A DNA stretch of 32,000 bases from Candidatus Nanosynbacter lyticus. GTDB lineage: Bacteria; Patescibacteriota; Saccharimonadia; Saccharimonadales; Saccharimonadaceae. Of this stretch, positions 24,825 to 32,000 are shown piece after piece. The notes beneath the pieces are model-generated. The model was given only the letters and a program-made list of their open reading frames with translations. It was not told where the DNA came from and did no database searches. Made by a program: the position numbers and the translations under genes. The DNA is taken from assembly GCF_000803625.1 (NCBI RefSeq), contig NZ_CP007496.1, positions 1-32,000 on the forward strand, read 5' to 3'. How positions within the stretch are numbered: the first letter of the stretch is position 1; each line of letters opens with the position of its first letter.

Positions 24825-27380
24825 CTATTTCAAGCTAATTACTTCTAATTCTGAAACCAGCCGAGCAATGATTTTTTCCTGCTCGGCTAATTGTTCGCGA
24901 GTTTCCTCAACAAGGTGTGTTGGGGCTTTCTCAATGTAAGTTGGGTTGTCTAGTCGTTTCTGTAATCCTGACAATTTTTGGCGTGCTTCTGCTAATCTAA
25001 CCTCAAGATTTTCCTGATGCTGATATAGAGTTTCGCTATCAATATCCAGCCACGCTTCCCTGTTTGCCGCAGCTAAACGAAGGCCACGCGGCTGATCTGT
25101 ATGTTCGACTGACTCGAGGCGCATCAGATGTTTAATAGTGTCCTGGTTATCAGAAATTAGACTGTCGTTACCGTATAATAATCGATATTTTTTATTACCT
25201 GGCAATTCAGCAATCACCCAGCGGCCCTCGGTAACTAGTGTCTTTAACTGTTCGAATTGCTCAGCGGCAATTGGGTCAAATTTTTCTGGAGTCGGCCAAG
25301 TTTCACGCATTAAGATTCCATCGGTATAGTTAAGAGTTTGCCAAATTGTTTCCGTAACAAACGGCGCAAATGGGTGTGCAATTTTTAGAGAAGTCGCCAG
25401 TACCCATGATAATAGTGGGCGGTTAATTGAAGTTTTAGATGATTCGATATACCAGTCGGCTACGTCGTCCCAAATGGTATGGTAAACCGTTTCTGATGCT
25501 TCAGAAAAACGATACTGCTCTAGTCGAATGGCCACGTTATTGGCAGCGTCATTTAATTGACGAATAATCCAGTGGTCGGCCAGAGTTTGTGGCTCCAGCT
25601 CGACAATTTGATGATTATCGCCAATTTGTGCCTCAACAAATCGGGCTATATTCCAGAGTTTATTGCAGAAATTACGTGCAGCAATAACCGAACCTTTATT
25701 AAAGGCCTGATGTTGGGCTGGGGCGCGACCAGCGATAATTCCCATGCGCGTGGCATCTGAGCCAAATTCAGCCACCAACTCCATTGGATTAATAACGTTG
25801 CCTTTGGACTTAGACATTTTTTGGTTATGCTCATCATTAACCATGCCGTGTAGATAAACCTCTTTGAAAGGTAGTTTACCTGTACGATATAGACTCAACA
25901 TAATCATTCGAGATACCCAAGCGCGCATGATGTCCATGCCTGTTTCCATCAGGCTGGTTGGGAAATATTTGGCTAGTTCCCCGTCGCCTAAATAGTCAGT
26001 TACTACATATGGCCATTGACCGGATGAGAACCAGGTGTCGAAGGTGTCTTCTTCTCTAATATATGTTGTGTTATTCACAACAATCTTCTGTTCATTAGTA
26101 CGAGTGTCGAATATCCAATCTTTAGGATTATTTTCATTAACAAATGCTGGAATTGGAATTCCCCACGGGATTTGACGCGAGATATTCCAGTCCTTTAGCT
26201 GTTTGAGATATGAGATAAGCTCGCGGCTTTTAGAGGCGGGATAAAAAGTAACTTCTCCCCTTTCAAGCGCATCAATTGCTGGTTTGGCCAAAGGCTCCAT
26301 TTTAATAAACCATTGCTCCTTAACCATTGGTTCAATAACGCTACCACATTTATAACAATGACCGACAGCATGCTCAATATTGCTTTCACCGCGGCGCAAT
26401 TCCAGTGCGTCTAGGGCTTCTAAAACTCGAGCACGGGCTTCTTCTGGGGTTAACCCTAAGAATTGTGCAGGAACATTTATCATCTTGCCTGCTTGGCTAA
26501 TGATTGACTCTAAAGGCAAATCGTGTCGTTTGGCAATTTCAAAATCGTTCGGATCGTGGGCTGGAGTAATCTTAACCGCGCCAGTGCCATAACTCATATC
26601 AACGTATTCGTCTGCAATAATTGGAATTTCTTTATCAATAATTGGTAATAAAATACGTGTACCAATGAGGTGCTTGTATCTTTCGTCATCTGGGTGGACT
26701 GCTACTGCTACGTCGCCAAGCATAGTTTCGGGGCGAGTGGTAGCCACGATAATCTCGCCAATTTTGTCCAATGTTGGGTAAGCTATTTGCCATAACTTCC
26801 CCTTTTCATTCTTATGTTCTACTTCAATATCAGCGAAACTAGTTTGGTGTTTAGTGCAGTAATTAACGATGCGCTCACCTCTGTAGATTAGATCATCATC
26901 CCACATCTTTTTGAAGGTGTCATATACAGTGCTAATAACTTTATTATCCAAGGTAAACGTTAGATGTTTCCAAGAAGCACTAATACCTAGAGCGCGCAGT
27001 TGTAGTTCCATATTACCGCGCTTTTCTTGGACGAAATTCCAGACTTGGCTATAGAGCTGATCTCGAGAAAAATCAAACCGGCTCTTCCCTTGCTTGGTCA
27101 ATTCCCTCTCATACACTACCCAAGTCTCGAAGCCAGCATGATCGGCACCAGGAATAAATATCGCATCATCACCCTTCATACGGTGATAGCGGATCATAAT
27201 GTCCTTCAAATTCATATCCAAGGCGTGGCCTATATGTAAATTACCATTAGCGTTAGGCGGCGGCATAACTATAGAATATGGCTTACCTAACCCTGTCGGC
27301 TCTAGAGCGCCACTAGTTTCCCACATGGCATAAATGTTTGGTTCGTAATCATTTGGTATGTATTGTTTGGCTAGCTGCAT
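24825..27380 (-). CDS. valS: Valyl-tRNA synthetase (start probably MQLAKQYIPNDY at 27380; track start 27392)
   Basis: PPPNANGNLHIGHALD (HIGH motif), KMSKSKGNVINP (KMSKS), DTWFSSGQWP, C-terminal coiled coil LEVRLAEARQKLSGLQKRLDNPTYIEKAPTHLVEETREQL. Confidence 0.96.
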   Translation of the reverse strand: MQLAKQYIPNDYEPNIYAMWETSGALEPTGLGKPYSIVMPPPNANGNLHIGHALDMNLKDIMIRYHRMKGDDAIFIPGADHAGFETWVVYERELTKQGKSRFDFSRDQLYSQVWNFVQEKRGNMELQLRALGISASWKHLTFTLDNKVISTVYDTFKKMWDDDLIYRGERIVNYCTKHQTSFADIEVEHKNEKGKLWQIAYPTLDKIGEIIVATTRPETMLGDVAVAVHPDDERYKHLIGTRILLPIIDKEIPIIADEYVDMSYGTGAVKITPAHDPNDFEIAKRHDLPLESIISQAGKMINVPAQFLGLTPEEARARVLEALDALELRRGESNIEHAVGHCYKCGSVIEPMVKEQWFIKMEPLAKPAIDALERGEVTFYPASKSRELISYLKQLKDWNISRQIPWGIPIPAFVNENNPKDWIFDTRTNEQKIVVNNTTYIREEDTFDTWFSSGQWPYVVTDYLGDGELAKYFPTSLMETGMDIMRAWVSRMIMLSLYRTGKLPFKEVYLHGMVNDEHNQKMSKSKGNVINPMELVAEFGSDATRMGIIAGRAPAQHQAFNKGSVIAARNFCNKLWNIARFVEAQIGDNHQIVELEPQTLADHWIIRQLNDAANNVAIRLEQYRFSEASETVYHTIWDDVADWYIESSKTSINRPLLSWVLATSLKIAHPFAPFVTETIWQTLNYTDGILMRETWPTPEKFDPIAAEQFEQLKTLVTEGRWVIAELPGNKKYRLLYGNDSLISDNQDTIKHLMRLESVEHTDQPRGLRLAAANREAWLDIDSETLYQHQENLEVRLAEARQKLSGLQKRLDNPTYIEKAPTHLVEETREQLAEQEKIIARLVSELEVISLK

Positions 27381-27544
27381 AAGTAATTCCATGGTTTTTT
27401 CATGTGAAAAAAAGACAAAAGTAAATACAAGTACTTTTCACGTGTAAAAGCTTGCATTTATAGTATCCTTAATTTTCTCCATATGTTTATATTACATCTC
27501 AATTATATCACATATTTTATGTGGCACAGCCAAGTAGGATGGGG

Positions 27545-28471
27545 CTATTTTTTAATGGTTTGGTAAGCTCTATATAACCAATATTGAAGCGGTTTTAATG
27601 GCAACTCCCAAGTTGCACCGGAATAGATGTCTTCGCCGCCAAACGATCGCTTAAACTTTGTAAAGCCAGCCCAGGGGTGATTTTTTGGCGCACTTTCTGG
27701 GGTGATTCCATATAAATCAACCTGATCCATCTGGCGATGTTTTGCGTCGATAATAGCTTCGGTAAGCAGGGCAGTGCTGGCATTAAGTTTGCGATATTCT
27801 GGCGTAGAGTCTGCCGCCGCATGTGCATAAATTCGAGTTGTTTTTGAGTCAAAAAACAGGGCAGTAGCAATTATTTTATCGTTACACTTTGCGTACCAAA
27901 ACGAAGCGTCTTTGGATGGTAATAGGGAACTGGCTTGTTTATGGAAATATGAATCTGGATGTGGCGACATGCCGGTTCTTTTGGCAACTTCATGGATTAG
28001 TTCAAGAAAATATTTGATATCTTCTGGATTTTGAGATTGGTGAATGGTAACGCCCTTTTTGTGATAATTTCGATAGCAATTTCTGACAGGTTGCGCCATG
28101 TTAGCTATAATCTCGTCTTCTGACTGATGGAGATCAATAACATGAGTATGTTCTGGCTGTAGATGAACGTAAGTGGCTTTTTTCCATGATTCATTATGTA
28201 GTGTCGTAGTGAAATTTGGATTAATTGGCCCAATTCTAAGAAATGTCACGCTGAGTTTTTTACCTAGGCTGGTGAGGTCTTGCAGGGCTAATTGTAATTT
28301 TTCTTCATTGATGGCAGTTGGACCAAAAGGGCAATATAATCTAGAATTGCCCGTGCCATGTTCTAATATAGCAAAATACTCCCAACCATCACCTCTGTTG
28401 TGAAAGACTTTTCGACCGAGTGATTTTTGGAATTGCTCCCAGGCTGTTGATTGTAAAAAATGTTGATTCAT
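27545..28471 (-). CDS. FemAB/FemX-like aminoacyltransferase (peptidoglycan interpeptide bridge family)
   Basis: 308 aa; QSTAWEQFQKSLG, RLYCPFGPTA, FYGITPESAPKNHPWAGFTKFKRSFGGEDIYSGATWELPL pattern of FemAB acyltransferases (track residue: DLYGITPE). Confidence 0.8.
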   Translation of the reverse strand: MNQHFLQSTAWEQFQKSLGRKVFHNRGDGWEYFAILEHGTGNSRLYCPFGPTAINEEKLQLALQDLTSLGKKLSVTFLRIGPINPNFTTTLHNESWKKATYVHLQPEHTHVIDLHQSEDEIIANMAQPVRNCYRNYHKKGVTIHQSQNPEDIKYFLELIHEVAKRTGMSPHPDSYFHKQASSLLPSKDASFWYAKCNDKIIATALFFDSKTTRIYAHAAADSTPEYRKLNASTALLTEAIIDAKHRQMDQVDLYGITPESAPKNHPWAGFTKFKRSFGGEDIYSGATWELPLKPLQYWLYRAYQTIKK

Positions 28472-28489
28472 GTTGTAATCCTCACAACG

Positions 28490-29560
28490 TTATACTACTG
28501 TCATTGATAAACTTGGCTGTACTTCCAGGTCGTACGGGTTAGCGGGCTGGTCAATTTGAGCACGGTAATAGCCGAGCGTAGCGATCATGGCGGCGTTATC
28601 GGTGCAGAGCTGAATAGGGGTGTATTCGATTTCAATTGGTAGAGATTCGCGTAGCTGGCGACGTAGTTCTTGATTAGCGGCAACACCACCAGCAATGACG
28701 ACGGAAGCTGGCTGAAAATTGTCAAAAGCTTTTTTGGTTTTGTCTATGAGAGTTTTGATGGCGGTGTATTGGAAGCTGGCTGCCATATTATGCCTTAATT
28801 CATCGTCTACAAGCCCTGGAAGCTCGTGTGAAGGAAAAGTAAAGTCTTTTCCAACTTCTCGCTGAACGGCTCTTAAAACGGCTGTCTTAAGGCCAGAGAA
28901 GGAAAAGTCGTATTCGCCTGATAATTTCGCAATAGGTAGCTGAAAAGCATGTGGATCTCCGAGTTCGGCCGCTTTAGCAATAGCTGGGCCACCAGGATAA
29001 GGTAAACCAATGATTTTAGCGACTTTATCAAAAGCCTCGCCGATGGCGTCGTCTTGAGTTTGACCGATGAGTTGATAATCGCCATGATTCTTAAAGAGAA
29101 CAAGTTGCGAATGCCCGCCAGAGACAATCAATGAGAGCAGGGGGAATAACGGTTGTTTTTTTGGTAATGATAGGGATAAGTCTCCAGATTGTTGATTGAT
29201 AAAATTAGCGTATACATGAGCCTCAACGTGGTGTATTTTATAAAGCGGTTTATGGTGGATAATAGCGAGAGTGCGGGCAGCGAGCGTGCCGATCAGTAAC
29301 GAACCAATGAGCCCCGGTGCATAAGTAACAGCGATGGCGTCAATATCATCCCAGGTGCAATTTGCGTCAGACAAAGCTTTTTTAATGACAGGATTTATGA
29401 CTTCCAAATGACTACGTGCGGCAATTTCTGGAATAACTCCGCCGTATTCGGCATGAATATCGATTTGTGAATTGACGACGTTTGAAAGCAAACGTTCGCC
29501 ATCTTCAACTATTGACGCCGCTGTTTCGTCGCAACTGGATTCGATTCCCAAAATCCTCAT
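28490..29560 (-). CDS. tsaD: tRNA threonylcarbamoyladenosine biosynthesis protein TsaD
   Basis: MRILGIESSCDETAASIVEDG, HHVEAHVYANF-type metal site (HKIHHVEAHVYANF region), SGGHSQLV, GGVAANQELR. Confidence 0.96.
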   Translation of the reverse strand: MRILGIESSCDETAASIVEDGERLLSNVVNSQIDIHAEYGGVIPEIAARSHLEVINPVIKKALSDANCTWDDIDAIAVTYAPGLIGSLLIGTLAARTLAIIHHKPLYKIHHVEAHVYANFINQQSGDLSLSLPKKQPLFPLLSLIVSGGHSQLVLFKNHGDYQLIGQTQDDAIGEAFDKVAKIIGLPYPGGPAIAKAAELGDPHAFQLPIAKLSGEYDFSFSGLKTAVLRAVQREVGKDFTFPSHELPGLVDDELRHNMAASFQYTAIKTLIDKTKKAFDNFQPASVVIAGGVAANQELRRQLRESLPIEIEYTPIQLCTDNAAMIATLGYYRAQIDQPANPYDLEVQPSLSMTVV

Positions 29561-29568
29561 TTGTTTTT

Positions 29569-29585
29569 ATTATAGCAAATATAAG
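29569..29585. promoter_or_regulatory. Two divergent -10-like elements in the 32-bp tsaD/murE-like spacer
   Basis: Minus strand TATAAT (29574-29569) 8 nt before tsaD ATG; plus strand TATAAG (29580-29585) 7 nt before ATG at 29593. No convincing -35 elements. Confidence 0.4.
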
Positions 29586-29592
29586 TGGTAAA

Positions 29593-30900
29593 ATGGGTAT
29601 TATGAAAAACGAGTTGGTAAAAATTGCTAGAAAAACGCTACCTCAAGGAGCTTTGGAAAAAACAGAAAATGCCTATCGGATTGCGCGGACGAAGATGATT
29701 AGCCTAAGATATGGCAATCCAGCTCGTGGCTTGAGAATTATTGCAGTAACAGGGACGAACGGGAAAACTACGACTGCTTGTTATATTAATGAAATTTTGA
29801 AAGAGGCTGGCTTTAAGACGGCATTGTTTACGACGGCAGTGATTGAAATTGCTGGTGAAGAGAAGATAAATGATTTGAATGCAACTGTCCCAACTGTAGC
29901 GAGGCTGTTTAGTTTTTTCCAGACAGCTCAGCGTGAAGGTGTCGAATACGTGATTTTAGAGGCGACTAGCCATGCATTATCTCAGCATAAGTTTGATGGC
30001 GTGCCAATTGAGGCGGCGGTGATGACTAACTTGACTCAAGATCACCTGGATTACCATAAAACAATGGAAGAGTATGCAGAGGCAAAGGCTAAATTATTTG
30101 AAAAGCAGCCAAAATATATCGTGTTAAATCGCGATGATAAGTGGTTTGAATATTTCAATAAGTTTAATGCTTCTGGCGAAAAGATGACGTACGGTGTGAG
30201 TCCGGAGGCCGAGGCTCGGATAACACACATTAAGCTTTATAAAAAGGGCACTGAAGCAAGTTTGCTCATTGACCATCAGACCCATTTGGAGTTGGCGACT
30301 AATTTACCTGGTGAATTTAATGTACTTAATATGTCAGCGGCAGTGTCTTTGGCGTATTTGCTCGGTATAAAGCTAGAAGATATTCAAGAAGGCGTGGCAA
30401 ATCTGGAGACGATTCCAGGGCGTTTTGAGCGAGTGGATAATAAGCGCGGAATTGATATTATCGTGGATTATGCGCACACGCCAGATGCATTGGAGAAATT
30501 GTTAAAAACGACACGGAGAATTGCTAAAGGGAGATTATTCTTAGTCTTCGGCGCGTGTGGTGACCGAGATAAAACAAAGCGACCAATTATGGGAGAGCTG
30601 GCGGCTAATTTGGCGGATAGAATTTTTCTAACAGACGAAGAGAGCTATAGTGAGAATCCAGATGATATTCGGGCAATGATTCGACAGGGAATTGAGCGAA
30701 CAAAGAAGGTTCATAAGATGACGGAAATTGCTGATCGAAAACAAGCGATTTATCAGGCACTAAAATCAGCCGTACGTGGCGATACGGTTCTAATTACCGG
30801 TATGGGTCATGAGCAGTATCGAATTGTTAACGGTAAGCGAATTCCGTGGAATGATAAGACGGTTGTAAAAGAAGTTCTCGGGATAGAGAAAAATAAATAA
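29593..30900 (+). CDS. MurE-like Mur ligase (short form); start at 29593 or 29602, not 29482
   Basis: IIAVTGTNGKTTTACYINEILKEAG, ILEATSHALSQHKFDGVPIEAAVMTNLTQDHLDYHKTMEEY, VDYAHTPDALEKLL, VFGACGDRDKTKRPIMGELA, TGMGHEQYR; the 29482 start would overlap tsaD. Confidence 0.85.
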   Translation: MGIMKNELVKIARKTLPQGALEKTENAYRIARTKMISLRYGNPARGLRIIAVTGTNGKTTTACYINEILKEAGFKTALFTTAVIEIAGEEKINDLNATVPTVARLFSFFQTAQREGVEYVILEATSHALSQHKFDGVPIEAAVMTNLTQDHLDYHKTMEEYAEAKAKLFEKQPKYIVLNRDDKWFEYFNKFNASGEKMTYGVSPEAEARITHIKLYKKGTEASLLIDHQTHLELATNLPGEFNVLNMSAAVSLAYLLGIKLEDIQEGVANLETIPGRFERVDNKRGIDIIVDYAHTPDALEKLLKTTRRIAKGRLFLVFGACGDRDKTKRPIMGELAANLADRIFLTDEESYSENPDDIRAMIRQGIERTKKVHKMTEIADRKQAIYQALKSAVRGDTVLITGMGHEQYRIVNGKRIPWNDKTVVKEVLGIEKNK

Positions 30901-30981
30901 TTCGGCCAACTATTTATCAAGCTTTTATGAACAGTTAATGATATCTGTCGGTCTATCGATTGGATAGTGAATTAATTAAAA

Positions 30982-32000
30982 CTAATAAGGTTGATCGAAA
31001 AATTGCTGTTTCTTTTTAAGCCAGGTTTCTGATTGGCGGACAAGTTTTTGGCTGTCAGCGGGGTTATTGAGCAGTGGTTTAATAGTTTCCTCGAGATATA
31101 TGCCGCCCTGTGAGCCCTTGAAAAGGATTGTCGTGTCTTTAATTCCTTTACTCTTTAAGAACTCTCCAGCTTCTGGTGATTTGTCAAATGACAAAACCTT
31201 GCAACCATTTTTTTCAGCAATTGGTGCAAGGTGTTTTTTAGCTAATTTACCGACGGTAATCAGTAGGTCTAATTGCTTGGGGTCACACAGTCTACCAATT
31301 TTTTCATGCTCCAGCTTAGAGGAATCGCCAAGCTCATTCATGTCGCCTAAAACCGCAATTTTACGACTTGCTTCCAGAGAGTAAAGTGTTTTTAGGGAAT
31401 TTTCCATAGCAACGGGACTGGCGTTATAGGTGTCGTCTAGTAGGGTGCATCCTTGCGTGCCGCGTAGAATATTCATCCTACCGGAGACAGGTTTAATTTT
31501 CGTTAAGGCTGCTGCGACTTCGTCAATATTCATGCCGCAAGCTAGACCTGCTGCTGCCGCGCCAGTGATAGAGCGGATGTTGTGCTTGCCTAATACGGAG
31601 ATATTGATGTTGCGAGACTCTTCTTGATTGTGCCGTAAAGTTGCAATGTAGCCGTCGCTAGTAGTTTCTTTAATTTGCAAGAGAACATCGGCAGATTCAT
31701 CGCCGTAGCTTATTTTTTTGCCAATTATAAGTGAGTGATATTTTTTATCAATATCGTGAAAATTGAAGATGGTTTTTTTAGCAACTTGACTAATGGACAA
31801 TTCTTCGCGCGCCACCACGTCAATTGTTTTAAAAAACTCCATATGTTCTGGTGCGACAGAGGTGATTATAGCGATATCAGGCTGAATGTAGCGCATAAAT
31901 GTTGCCATTTCACCCGGACAATCAATGCCACATTCTTGGATAATGATGTCAGGCGATTGCGGATTTTTAATACTAGAACGGGCAGCGGAGAAGACTTTTA
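30982..32000 (-). CDS. murF: UDP-N-acetylmuramoyl-tripeptide--D-alanyl-D-alanine ligase (MurF-like), 5' end outside the window
   Basis: Reading frame stays open past 31908 to the window edge (KVFSAARSSIKNPQSPDIIIQECGIDCPGEM...). PDIAIITSVAPEHMEFF, MNILRGTQGCTLLDDTYNASPVAMENSLKTL, AVLGDMNELG. Confidence 0.88.
   Translation of the reverse strand, partial: KVFSAARSSIKNPQSPDIIIQECGIDCPGEMATFMRYIQPDIAIITSVAPEHMEFFKTIDVVAREELSISQVAKKTIFNFHDIDKKYHSLIIGKKISYGDESADVLLQIKETTSDGYIATLRHNQEESRNINISVLGKHNIRSITGAAAAGLACGMNIDEVAAALTKIKPVSGRMNILRGTQGCTLLDDTYNASPVAMENSLKTLYSLEASRKIAVLGDMNELGDSSKLEHEKIGRLCDPKQLDLLITVGKLAKKHLAPIAEKNGCKVLSFDKSPEAGEFLKSKGIKDTTILFKGSQGGIYLEETIKPLLNNPADSQKLVRQSETWLKKKQQFFDQPY

Noticed and set aside
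29482-29592. N-terminal extension of the murE-like ORF (MKANVRHLQLLTPLFRRNW...)
   Set aside because: It would overlap the 5' end of tsaD on the opposite strand; the protein similarity begins at MGIMKNEL/MKNEL.

Overview
The window reads as a low-GC Candidatus Saccharibacteria (TM7/CPR)-like chromosome segment that starts at the dnaA start codon. Taxonomy is inferred from gene content and order, not from a search. Left to right: dnaA(+); a candidate oriC spacer with DnaA-box-like motifs; dnaN(+). Next comes a ~16 kb minus-strand cluster (about 2.7-18.4 kb) that looks like a stripped-down, Gram-positive-style type IV secretion apparatus. It encodes a VirB4-type ATPase, a separate VirB4-N-like protein, a PrgI-family protein, two paralogous VirB6/TrbL-like multispanning proteins, a lysozyme-like plus CHAP/NlpC-like hydrolase, a 997-aa membrane protein ending in an M15 D,D-peptidase-like domain, PEGA-type and other bitopic proteins, and a putative lipoprotein. 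A divergent plus-strand array (18.7-21.0 kb) holds six tandem VirB2/TrbC-pilin-like genes, and a seventh paralogue lies at 23.7-24.1 kb. The remainder is housekeeping: hsp20, comF-like, rlmH, five tRNAs (Asp-GTC, Ser-CGA, Arg-GCG, Ser-GCT, Ser-TGA), valS, a FemAB-like gene, tsaD, a murE-like ligase and a partial murF. The most interesting candidates are the origin-proximal secretion/pilin/cell-wall-hydrolase module (plausibly a host-interaction machine of an epibiont), the expanded pilin set with DNA-level duplication traces, possible leaderless promoters, a tRNA-Arg with a GCG anticodon, and a MurE-like ligase without the canonical DNPR motif.
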